A stretch of 64,000 nucleotides of DNA from positions 58,689 to 122,688 of the forward strand of contig NMRA01000752.1 in assembly GCA_002633005.1 (NCBI GenBank). Reading direction: 5' to 3'. The translations under genes were made by a program, and so were the position numbers. The stretch's first letter is position 1. Each line of letters starts with the position of its first letter. The DNA is from Phoronis australis (lineage: Eukaryota > Animalia > Phoronida). Of the stretch, positions 24,936-39,141 are shown piece by piece. The notes beneath the pieces were generated by a model. It had not been told where the DNA came from. It did not search any database and saw nothing but the letters and a program-made list of their open reading frames with translations.

Positions 24936-25285
24936 CCTGGTCGTGTAGTCGTTAGTGTGTATTTTGGTCACGTCACGTTTTCTGGTCATGTAGTCATTTG
25001 TCAACGTGTGTCCTGGTCATGTAGTCAGTTGGCAGCGTGTGTCCTGGTTACGTCGTGTGTCCTGGTCATTTAGTCAGTTGGCATAATGTTACCTGGTCAT
25101 GTAGTCAGTTGGCATCGTGTTTCCTGGTCACGTCGTGTGTCCTGGTCACGTCGTGTGTCCTGGTCATGTAGTCAGTTGGCAGCGTGTGTACTGGTCATGT
25201 AGGCAGTTGGCAGCGTCTGTCCTGTTCACGTCGTGTGTCCTGGTCATGTAGTCAGTTGGCAGCGTGTGTCCTGGTCATGTAGTCC
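24936..25285. repeat. Compound minisatellite of ~31-bp and ~18-bp related units
   Basis: CCTGGTCATGTAGTCAGTTGGCAGCGTGTGT interspersed with CCTGGTCACGTCGTGTGT. Confidence 0.9.
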
Positions 25286-27185
25286 AGCAGCAGTCCGCAT
25301 TAGTCTCTTATACTTAGTTGAGAGTAAAGAAGTTAGTAAATTTTCTTTGACTCTCTCTAAAAGCGCTGCAAATTGATAAAAGTGCGACAGTGCGGCAGTG
25401 GATATCTTGATTTCGTTGACAGCTGGTCATGTTTTTTCACCCAGGAATCAAAGTAACGAATGATCGAGAATTTTTGGTTTAAGATCAATTCAAACGTGCC
25501 GTGAATAATGCGCTTACACGAAAGTCACGCATTTCTAAAGAGATGCGGGAATTTTCACCGCACGTCCTTCTAAGCAGCTTTTACCAGGATCAAAGAGCGC
25601 GCGGAGTCGGAGTCAGGTACAGTTGTGATGACCTCATTGCCCGATGTGAGCAAGACCTAATAATGTGTAACTGCATTAAACATATTTTACTGTACATATT
25701 GGCGAATTTTCAAAATGCATTGACCACTAATCTTCGTTTAAAACGAATACCACGGCAGTATTCAGCTGGAAAAAAACAAGTACGGTTTTCGATTTTTAAA
25801 AATCGATCAACTGATTATCTAAAAACTACAACCATTGGATACGATTGAAGATAAACTATCGCTAGTATTGATATACTCGGTGGGTATACAAACGCTGATC
25901 AGAGTTAATAATATCACATGGATTCTTTTTTAATATTCTTTCAATCTCATTTAACCAGATTTTTGACCAGGAAACAGCATTACTTAACTTGTGCCCACTT
26001 TAATTTTTTATTACTGACAAAGAGCTAGAATACGTAGTCAGTGTCTTTGAAATTGTCCAGATATTCCAAATCTTCAGTTTTGTTATCACTGTACTTGCAC
26101 TTTTGTATTATTTTATGATTTGAGCTCTAATAAAGGTTAAACTTCAATGACACATGAAATGTTTAGTGTACCTGTAATGTGGAAAGTTTAGGGATGGGCT
26201 CACAATGAACTTAACGAATTAAGTTTCGCTGGCAAACAAAATGTACCACTGTTTTGTTACTTGTACCTGAAGTTTAAAACTTAGATAAAATTTATGAACC
26301 CGTTCCCGGTAAAAAACAAGTGGGAAAACGCATTAGGAATTAAATTACGAAAACCAATATGAAACATATCGTTCTTTTTAGAAGTGGCCCTCTGTGACGA
26401 TAAACACAAGTTAACATTTTTAGTCACTTTGTAATAACTATAATGTACCAAGCTTAAACTACTCTCCAGAGTTGCAGCATGTAACTCTGCAAGTGTTAAA
26501 GAAAACCAAATTGGGGGTATTAACAACAACAATTGTTGAGACAATGATGCTAGCTATTACCTTTCCACTTCATTAGCTCAGATCTACATCAATACAAAGG
26601 GCGTGCTGAATAGGCATGGTCGTAAAAGTTGTCTGGGGCTAAGGGAATATCAGCGGTGACAGGTGTAAGCGAGAAATTCTCCACTTGTTCAAATTCAATG
26701 CTTGTTACATCTGGACTGTGCATATATTGAAGTGTGCTATCGATCTACCATAAGTTTTAGCCAACGAAGTGGCTTGGTATGCTCATGTAGTGAGATGGAA
26801 TCACAAAATCAAGGTAACTTACAATGCAAATTTTAATAAACTAAATACCCGGTAGCAGTCTTTGGACATATTTGGAGTGCCGTTCAACGTTTCACTTCGC
26901 TACGGTTGTTCTTTTCTCACTTGACGGTATTCTGTCGTTCAGCAACTTTTCCAGACGTTTGGGGTTCTGAAGTTGCGACAACATCTGGTTCCTTTGTTAA
27001 CTGCCCAGCACAGTCGTTTGTCTCGTATGACAACAAACAGGCCAATTACATCCTAGGCTTTAAAGGGTTACTGAAACCTGGCAGAAGGGTTTGTTTTAAC
27101 TTCTGTTGTAGTTGGGCGATTTTGGTGATTCAAAAACTAAACATGATCAAGTAATTCAGAAATGCTACTGGTTAATGTTAAGATA

Positions 27186-28345
27186 CAGTACAGCCACTGC
27201 ATTATTAGACTCTCTCCGGTGTCTCTCCGGTCTAGCCACCAGTGACCGTAACCGGAGACAGACCGGAGAGTGAGACCTGAATCAACCGTGACAGGTGGCG
27301 TGAGCCTAAGCATGACTGTACCCGGATCTTACCGTGAGTTAGGCGTGAACGAAGCGCAAGCCAGCAGTGAGCCACTAATAAAAGATCTTAACACGCGTGT
27401 ACATGGCGGAAATATTCAATTGCCTTCACGATATGAAGGAACATAGCGTGTGAATTGTGAGCATATTGGTCCCAAGTTCCGGCTTCATGCGGAGAAAACT
27501 GATCGTGCTCATGCATTTGACGAGTCAAACAGATCAGTGCTATTATTATTTTAGTGAAGAATTACCCCGGTGATACTGTGAACTAAGTCGAAACGCATGT
27601 ACTACGGGGAGGGGGCTACAAATAATTAAACTGCACTACGGATTAAGGATTTTTTAGTCAAAACATTTGCTTGCAGTAAGGGATGGGTATATCAGAATGG
27701 CGGCCTATTGAACTTTCCTGTACGCCAGTGTTGTGCAAAAATTTACGGAGTGACACAATACTTCACAAGATGACTAGGCTATTTTTAGGGCGTATTAACT
27801 ATATTCAGCTGTGACAAGTTTCAAGGAGTCCACAGCCATGTAAAGACGACTCTGGACACAGGGTCGCGTATATTCCTATTTACTAACCGTGGTTACTGTA
27901 CATGTATGTCGTTGATGGGACTGGCTCTTAAGTAGTACATATAAAATGTACATGTAACCGTAACACAAGATGAGCTGAAGGAAGACGTTTGTATGAACAA
28001 CACGTGGAATTACAAAGCTAGTCAGAACCTAAGTGTGATAGATGACTGCTTGCAAAGATACTCTAAAATGTCTTTGCAACTTGTCCGAAACGACAGGCAA
28101 TCAAGACGTTACATGTATTTTTATTGATAAGCCCGGAGCCCTACTATGGTTACCACAGGTACCGAAGGCGTGAAGAAAGCCTGAGGAAAGCGTGAACTAA
28201 ACCGGAGGTAAGCGTGAGGACTACCCGGAGAGTAGGCGTGAGGCGACCGTGACTGATTTCTGTCACGCCTGCGTTCCGGTTGCGCTCCGGTCCGGCCAGG
28301 CGTGAGGTAGCCCGGACGAAGTCTAAAAATTCAGTGGCTGTACTG
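27186..28345. mobile_element. Non-autonomous TA-flanked TIR element (family B)
   Basis: TA|CAGTACAGCCACTGCATTATTAGAC ... GTCTAAAAATTCAGTGGCTGTACTG|TA. Both subterminal regions are rich in ACCGG/GCGTGA motifs. No ORF. Confidence 0.8.
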
Positions 28346-28479
28346 TATGTTATAACTTAGCTTTCATTTTTAGCAGCACAGCCTAGTCAAGTTAGATACA
28401 ATTTAGGATCAGATCGGACATGATGATTGTTCCACTGGTCTCAAAATTTTGAGACCCTTATCATAAACAATATCTAACT

Positions 28480-28710
28480 ACAATAAACACCAGGATTTTT
28501 GCTGACAGACACATCAGACACATACTCCAAAGCAATAAATGAATGGATGGAACTATTTTTGACCAACTTTGCATAAGTAGAATGATATAAACCAAAAGGA
28601 CAGTTTATAACCAAGCTTTCTGTGGTAAATATGAACACCAAGGATTATATATAGAGGAACCAGAGAGACAACTGAAACCACGAAAGACTAGTTTTAAACA
28701 TAAACTCAGA
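28480..28710 (+). mobile_element. Possible Penelope-like GIY-YIG endonuclease remnant
   Basis: Frame from 28600 reads TVYNQAFCGKYEHQGLYIEEPERQLKPRKTSFKH, resembling V-Y...C...Y-I-G-E-T-x-R-x-L-x-x-R. A-rich strand bias. Confidence 0.35.
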
Positions 28711-31700
28711 ATCGTTAAACAAAGCATTACACAATGTGAATGGATAAACTTCAAAACATATAAATCAAATCAGGACTCGGGGAAAGTCCAAGCAATAACA
28801 GTAAAATCAAATACCGCTTGTAGTTCTAAGCTTTTATAAAATTAATAACCTTCCTTTCTTCATAACTTGTTTATTAAAGAAATAGTGGCGAGGAACTAAT
28901 GAGACACAATTTGAACCAAAGTTGTAGGAACTAAATACATTGTAAAACTTTAAGGTTCATCAGAGCTAATTGCACACAATAATAAAAATAACACAGGTGC
29001 AGAAGAACGGTAGTTGTGTTCCGTTTATGTAGAACTGAAGTATAGTGGAGTAGAACAGAACATGACAAAGTGATGCAAAATAGGAACGATGTACACAAAC
29101 TATTGGATGCACATATATTTAACCCACAGTCAATGGATGTTTAGTAGACACAGTTTTCAACGGAAAATGTTAGTATTTGGCCAAATTCATTCACTAGATG
29201 TAGCAGCTGCAGTTATAAGAATATTTCCAACCACACATACAGTCAATAACGCCAGATATTTTTTCTTTTTAAGGTGTTAATGATTAAACATTGTGCAACA
29301 AAATGTCCATCATAGTCTAGCTCATATAAAAAAGAATTGTGTATCGGAATGTGTTTATGGTTTTTTAGCTTAGGTATTTCCTGTACATGTTCAGTTTAAT
29401 GTTATTGCTACCTCATGACAAATCATCCCAGCCCAAGCTAATCTTCCTTATTGGTTAGTTTGTATTTGTCGCACATTCTGATTGGTCGAATAGGCTCACT
29501 TGAAAGTTATATGTAATATCTTCATACTATCACACCAGAAGCTTTCAATACATCATACCGAACACAAGTATTTTTCTGTACAAACCACCTAGAGTTTTAT
29601 CTTTGTACAATAAAAACCCACATTGTGTTCGCGTTCATGAGGTGCATTCACTAATCTGTCAACTTTTGCTCAAGTTTGATTAAAGTCTTGCTTGATCTAG
29701 AAAGCAAGTACAATCATATTTTTATCCATACTCCCTCTACAACAATACAGTAAAATTTCGGGAAAACTGATGAATTGAGTAAATTTCATTAATGTTTTCC
29801 GTAAAAAACAAAGCAACTTGAACAAAACAGCACATTGGCTAAAATTGAGCTACACAGTGACTGCAATCAGAATGTATTATTCGAAATCAAAGATGAGAAT
29901 GCTGAGTAAGAACAGTGTTCACTGTAACTTATACTTTTAGTAGAATGAGTCCATACACACCATACACACATTGTCAGAGTGACTGCACAGCAAGATAATT
30001 GTACAAGTAATACAACTGTGCTGTACACCTCAAGTGTTTGCGTCCAGTAAATGGGAATAAAACAACTGTTTTCGCCAAGTTAACTTGGTCTAATGACCTA
30101 ATTGGTCTACGACTTCAACCTGCGTACTACACCACACATGGATACTCAGGCTGGAGGGGCCATAGAAGATACTCGACAAAAACAAAGCAAGTTAAAAGAA
30201 ACCTACCTGAAATCTTTTGCTGTGCTAACATAAAAGGAAATCTCAAGTGAACAGTTATTCAATAAAGAGACAACTTAGAAAACTAAGAGATAACAAAGCT
30301 AATTTGAAAACAATGCCATTACTGGCAGCGACAGAGAGTCCGAGTGGTTTTTGAGCAATGATATGCAGACCAATGGACCAAACATACTCAAATCAATATA
30401 AAATTATGACAAAATTAAATATGCTGGTACTGCACATGTTTGATGAAAATGCAAATTCTGGCTTATATAGATGACTTTTCGGCCGAATAACTGAGGAGCT
30501 AGTTTTTAAGCTTGGAAAATCTGATTTGTTCACGTTTCATATAGAGTAGAGCATTCTTCTTTTTCTGCAACAACAAGGTTTTTAAATGTCGCCTGTACAT
30601 TATTATTTTTTGTTCTCATTAATCATCAGTTGATAAGACGTTTAGTAGTTTAGTGGTTTTTGGAATTTTGATCTTTCCTGTCTGTTTAGTCAGTTTGGAT
30701 TTTATTAGTGAAATGAACCTTTTCAATACCCACATTGTTTCCTTTTATGGACAGCTCTTTAGAAACTTCACAGTTCAACTTTTTTTTTCAGACAAATTGA
30801 GATTTTCAGATTCTAGGGGTATTGTCTGCAACAGATTCTAAAATAAAAGAGTAGGAAGCAACCAGATGACCACCTGCGAGTGCTAACTTTAAGGCCAAGA
30901 GATACTTTGATTTGCTGTTATAAATATCAAACACAAGCACGATTTTAAAGCTAATCTAGACTTAGAGAGGGATGGCATATTCTTTCGGACTTTGCCGCCA
31001 TTTCCTGTCATCATAGCGTGGACCTCATTTTGCGTTACTTTTTGCCATCATCTGATCCTCTTCTGTGTGTGTGTGATAAGATCGCCTTGAGAAAGAATTA
31101 ACAGTTTCACGGAGGCAAACTGTTGGTTACAACTTGGCATATTTAACTTTTTGTTGTCTTCAATACATTAACTACAGAAAATATATCAATTACCCTAGGT
31201 GGTCAAATCTTATGGAACAGGCACTGACAAAACACAAAATGAATTTCCAAATAGTGATTGCACACTCAGTTGATGTTAAGTAAACTTATCTGAGAAGCAT
31301 TTATTTATAGGTACCCTGCCTACATGCATATTTTTCTTTGCTCTGAATGAGCTTTAATGTGTTGGAGGGGTATTTTGGTGCTGTCTTGGCACAGAAATTT
31401 CTAACCTATTTATCCTGGTTATACATGTGTTTCCAATGTCACATATGAATCAGCTTCACTCCCTATCTGAAGTGGTTGCAGATCACAACCCACACTATCA
31501 CAACAAATAGAATGAAAGTGCTCCGAGGAGGACACTTGGCAAAATTAACTGAAAAGGCCTTAATACGGTAGTGATGGTGGTGAACACGATGATCACATTC
31601 ACACGACAGACGAAGATGTCAGAAGTCAGTAAGAAATAGGCTATTAGGCAACACGTAGTACCTCGGTAGGCCATTTAGGGGCTGCAATACTTCCATTCGC

Positions 31701-32865
31701 TTTCTATACGCATTCGGTTACATGTATTTTAAACGGGCGGTAGGCAAAATCTGGTCACCGACTTTGAGTTTTCACCACGTCAAAAATACATTCCACATGT
31801 TTGTTGTGAAATTTGCACTGAATTGTTTATTCGGTTAAAGCATCGTTTCACGGATTTTTTTTTTCGATAGACCTTTTTCAAATATGAGTTAAAATTTGGG
31901 CTGCGAACAAAAAGCGGAGGGAATTTGCCCTCGGAGTTAGTTTGAATCTTTAACGACTTTGATGACATCCAGTAGCAGGTCAGACCTAGCAAAATCCCGG
32001 ATACTTTTTCAACGGGCATTTTCTCCCTTTTCAAATCGCAAATTTAACTACTCGAATGCACGTCTCAGTTAGAGAGCACTAATTCAACTTTCACGTCGGG
32101 AACTTGACTTGCGCTCTAGAGACTTTCAATGGCGGTCGTGAAGAACAGTAACGCCGTACCTGCATGAACGAAGTCAGTTTTGGGATCTGAAATATGTTAG
32201 TATTTAACGAAGCAGGAAAGAGCATAATCTAAACAATTTCTCGATTATCTAAAATCAATTTTGGCGCGTAAAAATGGAGGGGAATTTTGCGACCTGGCAT
32301 TTATGAATGCGAGCTGGATTTTGGAAATGCGACCTGGGATTCTGGCTAGGTCGCAAAATGCAATCTGGCGATTTTAATAGCGTCAAGCCCAGCTGGGGTG
32401 TTGTAGAATCTTCCTGGCATGACCTGAAAGAGCCTTATAGAAGCCTAACAAGAATACCTCGAAGGGACCTATAATACTAACTCACTCGCAATGTTCTAGG
32501 TCAAAACCTACCGGAAACTAATCGACTTACATGTCAATATCTGCCAAAATTTACTTGAGGTCTAATTCCTTTCTGCGGTCAATCTTCTCTCCAGCGCTTT
32601 GCACATGCAACATCTGCTCAATGCTAATGCTCTAGTTGAGTTAATGCTTTTATTGTGTGCACTCATTTTCAGTGATGAAGGCCGCTGAAATTCAATAAAA
32701 GGGGCTGAATCGGGCATCTTGTTCATGAATTCTGATTCGAAAGAAGATAATACTTGGACAATCCGAGTGCCCCATCAGCCAAACTTTTGAGGGGCTGAGA
32801 GACAGGCTTCCACCCGCAATATTGCGGGTGTTAATAGATGTCGATTAACCAATGATTCATTATTA

Positions 32866-35800
32866 CAGCACATATCACGAACTTTTGTCCGACCGGTCGG
32901 AAATTGGTCGATGACCGGCCGTCAACCGGTCGTCTAGCCCACCAGCAGCCGACCAACAACAGTCGGCTAGTATCCGTCTGTTTAGTCGCCTCTGTGTTCG
33001 TCTAGCGTAGACGACCAATTCGGATTAAGCGTGTCCTTGGTCGGCAATTACCATTTTATGACTTAGCGGGTGAACTTTGGCCAAAAAAGAAAACATTCAA
33101 CTGTTCGCTGTTCGTTCACCAGTGGCATCTCTGGTCTTGACATCGGTTTATCAACTTTTGTTACACTATTGAAAGGAGGTAAAATCGAATTAACCTACAA
33201 ATACGAAGTGCGTGACATTACACCAGCCTAAAACTTTATGTTGAATTAATGACGGCGTGGTAAAATCAAACGTTAAGTGATATCGCGGAAGCATAATTTC
33301 TATTTTTAGATATGAGATTGTTTATACAGTACTTTATGCATAAAAACAAGCACGAACTTTGAATTTTTACAGTAAATTTGCATAAAAATCAGACTACAAC
33401 GCTGGATGGTTCACGACCTCAAGTGTTTTCATGCGGCGGGATGCTCAACAAGCAGCACGCATTTGCACTCATAAGTTATTGCTCTTGATCATCATTCATC
33501 ACGTTGTATATTGCGCTTTACCACAGATAATTCGTGTTTATTTCTGTATAATTTCTTAATATGTTGGTACAGTAATAGAACCCAAGTTCATTTTAGGAAC
33601 AAAACAAACAATTATAGTTTGAACATAGCGCCCAAATTAAAGGAGAATGCCACCCGATTTAATTAGTCTTTTTTACCGTCTTAATCAGTCTTTATCTACA
33701 TCGCCTCTTATATGGTCGAACTCACCTTGCCGGGAGGTGTCGCGTTAACCTGTGAGGGAGGTAAGAAACGACACAGCGACGTCATTGGTTCGTCTGCAGA
33801 GTTAATGTCGCTATATAGCAGTGCATCGTTCCCTCTTGTCCGAAGTATGAAGCTGCGAAGAAAGCGGGTATATCATTTTTATTGACTTGCTCGCGAGCCC
33901 GAAATGCTTAGGAACTGGTTCGCAGTAGTGAAGAATGAAAGGTACGCTGTTAATAGCAAGTATGAGGCCGTGAAACATCTCCGTGTCTTTGGCCGGCATT
34001 TCGTCGACGATGTTCTCTGAAGAAATCCGGCTTACCAACTATCCATACATTCCGTTGTCTGTGCATGTTCATGGCGCCTCTCTAGTATTTCTTGATTAGT
34101 GTATTCCAGTTCGAACTGATAGCCTGTGAAACCTAACGATCCGACCCATGAAGTCTTCGTCGGATGACTGGCACTTGACTAAGTCGGGATTGGCGCCGGG
34201 CAAGTTGCCATGTATTCTGCGTTCTGTTTCAAAATGAATTATTCTCATCCTAACCAATGCTTATACAAAACTGAAACAAAGTCTGTCTCATTTGATTCAA
34301 TTTGTAATGCCTTTTCAGTATTCGTGAGCGCAAATGTTGAGAAACCAGCAACGAATAAACCACTGCGTTACAGGCTTGCCGTGAACAAAGGTAATTAACC
34401 GGGCACCGAGGCCGAGTGAGCGCATGCTAATTCAGTGTTTGCTGACAGAAAGCTGTTGTGAAACAATTACTCGATTTTACATGCTATTCTCACATGTTAG
34501 GGGAATCTGTATTTAGAAATACAAATGCATTATTCAAATCATTGTTAATGTCCAGCCTTTGCCCTGACGGTTTTTGGAAGGGGAACCCGACTTCGCGGCC
34601 CCGACAAGTAAGTAGATTTTCAGTTTCGTGGCTAATTCACGTAAGTAATTACGTGCGTATTATTTCTTTGGCTCTCTATTAACTCACTATTATCAGTGTT
34701 TTAGTAGGACGTAGGCGCACGTAAGCGCAGCCAACCACCTTTTGGCATTTGAAGGTAGCGCCTACGCACCGTAAGTTAAGTTCATTACTCAAGGTGATAT
34801 TGTGGGCTTTCGGCGCCTACTTACCTCTACTTTTACCACTACAGCACTGACTATTATAGTTTTTTCGTGACTGGAGGTTTAGTTTCCAACTCAAGCTGGT
34901 TTATGTTCCTGCCAGTCTCGGCGGCGGCGACGGCCTGATCGGGTTCCGAGCCTTTGGTCAGGATAACGAGTCAGTGCGGCCGCGACGGGCCCGATCGGGT
35001 TCCGAGCCACTGGCCGGGATAACAAGTGTTTTGTGTGTTTAGAACTCAATAAAGCACAAGTCTAAACAACATAAGTTCTCTTGTCTGTATTTAACGGAAG
35101 AATACTTCGAATTTATCTCCGAACGGACCCCAAGCACCTGCTACGGACCTTGGTAAATTGGCCTGCCGAACTACAGTGTGTCCTAATACCAATAAATCGG
35201 TAACAGCGAAATAAAACAACTCGTTTTTATAATAACTCTGTATATTTTAAGGGTTTTACTTGGAAGTTTGGTGATTTATTGGTGTTAAACGATGAATTCA
35301 AGCGATAAGCTAACACCAGTAATCCGTGTTGTGAACTGCTGAACAGACTGCGTGTGAAACCAATCACGTCATTGGATAATTTCAACACCTCCGTCTGCCG
35401 TGTCGTTATCGAGTAGATTTACGCGATCTAAATTGATACAATATAGGTTGTTTTTGAGTTGCATTCTCCTTTAAGATCATGGACGCATGAAAACGTAAGA
35501 ATGCGATCGGTTTATAGTGGCACCCATTATCATTTTGAATTTGTTGTCACTTTCGCAGTAAAAAAATCGTTTCGAAGCTACAGCCTTCCTAACAAGCCAG
35601 CTAGCTGTATGAAGACTATATTCAACATACAGCAAGTTGCCACTGTGGATTGAGCTCAAACAGTCCTCGAAATTTCACACAGCCGGATAGTTACGCTTGT
35701 CACCTCGTACGTGAAGCTTGTATCAACATGAGCTAAAGACCGGCGGGTGTGCATGCAAAATCTGGAAGTCAACTGACATTCAACTTGCCCGTTACGGCCG

Positions 35801-37540
35801 TTTAAGCGAAAAACATCCGCCGTCATCTTCTAGCCTAATTCTCTGCCTTTTGTAACGAGAAAACGCATGTCGTCGTTTTGAAAAGAATTCATTCGTGACA
35901 GGCGCCACTTCCAAAATGTTTTCGACATTTCCCATTAGATGATGACAACATCTCAGCAAATTGTGTTAAAAAATTCGGTTTACTGATATCAAAATTCCAA
36001 AAAACATGTAATGAAGTGAAACCAATTAAGATCATTTGTTGTGATGTTTACGCAACCTCGAAGAATCTTGGAAAAAAGAAACTGGCTAATAGGTGACGCA
36101 ATATTTCATTGCGTCGAAAGTCATTGTAGAAAAGCGAATGAACACATTTGTGCACACTGCTCAAAGCACTTTTGTGGACAAACGGAAACGCCAACTTCTC
36201 TGGTTTGCAACGCTGCGTGTGCTTGGCATTTCTAATAAAGCGCTCTCGCGCTGGAATTTTGTTTTAAGATTGAGCACCGTTTCAAAAAATTGTAGGTCTG
36301 CTTGCAGATGAGCACACAAGAATTATTCTGCGATTTCAGGATTGAAACGGAACCAAGCATGATTAATATTTTCGTATGTAGTTGCCACTTGTCTTTCAGC
36401 GTCACTTACTACCTAAGGCGACAGATCATACGCTATAAATATCACCAGACGCTTTGCTTCTTAAAAGTGCACCTTGATGTATTTTCTATCATTTTTCAAT
36501 ATCGTAATCGCTTTACCAAAGATTCACGCGCACATGCCGCGTAGAGGCAAATACCTCTTCACCACGTATTCACATCTTCCCGTTCACAATTATGTTATTT
36601 TACATAATTTGTCAATATGTTGTTGATAGAAAATATTTATTTTTGGAACTGATAGGGGCATACGTGTACATGTAACTAGCCCAAGTTTTAACGTCATCGA
36701 TACATGAAAACGGAATGCGCAAATCTACAATTAGCTGTAGCCTCAACAGTGGTCATTCCGTGTTTGATGTCACCGTCTAAGTTCGTGGAAGTCGTAACCA
36801 TAGCATGATTTCGAAGTTAGAGCCATCGAAGTCCGTGGGTTTAGGACATACTAGACCGTGAATTTCGCGTCTCACGGTACTGCAAGGGTCAATAGAATGA
36901 AAATAAAATCCCCGGAGTGAGAGCTCTTCGCCGTGGAACGACTCACTCACTATCCCACCATCATTGGCGCATGATAGAACAACCGTGAATAACTTAAATG
37001 ACGCAAAAAGATGCAGTTTGGCGTTACACAAACAAAATCAATTGTGGGCGAAGAATGTCAAAAATAGCTGCGCTTACAAAATGACTACAGCGTTGTATTG
37101 ACCGGGAAGCAGCCAATCTAACGCAACTTGATCAAATGTAAAGAAAACTTTCACGTTTTTTATCCAAAACTTGTTGCATTGCCCATAATCCAATGTTTGC
37201 CTTCAACGTTCGAATTAGTGGTGTTACACAACCGATGTGAACTCATGCAACCGAGACAGTAAAACTAGGTTAATTTATTTGACCCTGTGCTAAGACGAAT
37301 ATGCATCGACACGCAAAGTGGCATCAGCCTGACAACCTATTACGCAACTGCTACTCTAGTCTAAAAATAGCAGCCGACCAGCTGGTCGGCTGATGGCCGG
37401 TAGGCTGAAGGGTCAGCTAAAGGGTTGGCTGGGGTGTCTCCTTAGGAGTCGGCACTGCAGGCGGCTGCCGGTCGGCTAATTTTTAGCCGGCCGGTCGACC
37501 AATTTCCGACCGGTCGGACAAAATTTTGTGATGTGTGCTG
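32866..37540 (+). mobile_element. Family A TIR element, complete copy (copy 2), interrupted by a Kolobok-like insertion
   Basis: TA|CAGCACATATCACGAACTTTTGTCCGACCGGTCGGAAATTGGTCGA ... TCGACCAATTTCCGACCGGTCGGACAAAATTTTGTGATGTGTGCTG|TA. Colinear with 52470-57072 and 1-362. About 2.8 kb without the insertion. No transposase ORF. Confidence 0.88.
33641..35470 (-). mobile_element. Kolobok-like non-autonomous element (copy 2), nested in family A
   Basis: TTAA|AGGAGAATGCCACCCG ... GCATTCTCCT|TTAA. The empty site is seen in family A copy 3 (GCGCCGATATTAAATCATGG, ~53207-53226). Retains GFTGYQFELEYTNQEILERR but lacks the Cys cluster. Confidence 0.88.
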
Positions 37541-38287
37541 TAACTTTCGACACATGAACTATGTCTTAAAATAAAATTGACTGAAAGTAAACAGATAGGC
37601 TCCCCGTCCTTCAACCATCAAATGGTTCCTATGCCTATACTATATTGCTCAGTCCCTCCACTTTTTGGGTAATAAATCAATATTCTAAGCTAACCCGTTC
37701 CCTTTGGCCCCATGCAGGCCGTAGCCAGCACTGAGCGGGGGCTGGTTCGAATTTCTAGTATATGGCAGATTCTTAGTTCACAATAAACTGTTGTGGTCAA
37801 CCTAACAACTGCCAGGGCTGGGAAACTTCAATCTGTAGAGAACTTTCACCTGTACTCAGAAACTTATATTTAAATTTAAAACTAACTTGTATCCAAAAAG
37901 AAAAATAAAGGATCACTTTAGTTTTGATATAGGTTTTTTCGAATTTTAAAAAAGTCTTTAGTCAAAAAGCCCACATCTGATGATAAAAAGTAAGATATTT
38001 GGCATGCTACTTTAAAGGAAACTGGATTTTGTATATTTTCTATATATCAAAAGCAAAATGATGCAATTTGATGGACATTGGATGCTACAACAAAATTTTA
38101 TTACCCCAGTAGGCATAGAAGAAAAAATGGAGTTTGACTAACCACAACCTTCAATTTAGCATAGAAAAAAGCTAGTGGGTGTTATTCTAAATATATTTTT
38201 ATGGTTTCCCATGCCAAATGATGTTTTGTGAATTTCGCAAGCTATTGTTTAACTTTCGACATCCGTTAGATGTGTGTAATACGGTTA

Positions 38288-38335
38288 TCACCTGCGGGAT
38301 GCATCACCTGTGGGATGCATCACCTGTGGGATGCT
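38288..38335. repeat. 16-bp tandem repeat x3
   Basis: ATCACCTG(C/T)GGGATGC three times. Confidence 0.85.
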
Positions 38336-38881
38336 ACATTTAGTTTCCCATAGGTCGCCCTTGCTCCAGCACACTGGTACAGACTCCAAACATTTGAAAA
38401 TATGGAAAATGGATAATCTATTTAATTTGTTTTTCACCATTTATCTGAAAAATGTACCCAAAGACCAATCTGTTGGACTTCACAAAATTGACATTGTGAG
38501 TTTTCTTCAGTGCACTTGGTTTGATTTTTGATTAACATCGTGAATAAACACTGAATTTTTCACAGAGTGTTTTATAAGCCTTTTCTCAATGCACTTTGCC
38601 TATTCTCTGCGTTACCCTGTCTCATGTTAATTGTCAGTTAAGTTCCATAGCAAGTTATATACCCACTTCACTATCTCATAAAATCTGTGAATACCATTAT
38701 TGTTCACTTGAAACAATTGTAAAAAGTTTTGATAGCTAAAGTACCTTTAGACATTAACTTTTGACACAACACAACTGACACACACAGCGCAAGATGATAT
38801 GGTGTCAAGTGTTCACAAACATTCAAAATCGCTGGAGTCATAATTTATTATTACTAAATTTTGCTATTGCTGTTGCTTTTA

Positions 38882-39141
38882 TATGCGCGCACCCAGGGGG
38901 GGGCTCGGGGGCTCGAATGAGCCCCCCACCAATTTGGCGAATTGGGCAAAAAGGTCCGCCTCGGAGAAACGAAAACTCCGAGAAAAACGAGGCAAAAGTC
39001 CACTGAAAAGACGCAGACGCACAGTTTACAGTTTTGAAGGTAGTACCCTGTTGTTTTTTAGTCCTACCGATATTTTGTCGGAAAAGGTCCGCATCGACAG
39101 AAATTCGAGCTCTCCCACAATGATGGCTTGGTGCGCGCATG
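38882..39141. mobile_element. hAT-like MITE (related to 61536-61771)
   Basis: ATGCGCGCACC...GGTGCGCGCAT inverted ends; internal GGGGGCTC..GAGCCCCCC hairpin. Confidence 0.6.

Noticed and set aside
25820-25870. Helitron 3' end (CTAG|T)
   Set aside because: No convincing GC-rich subterminal hairpin or 5' TC end.
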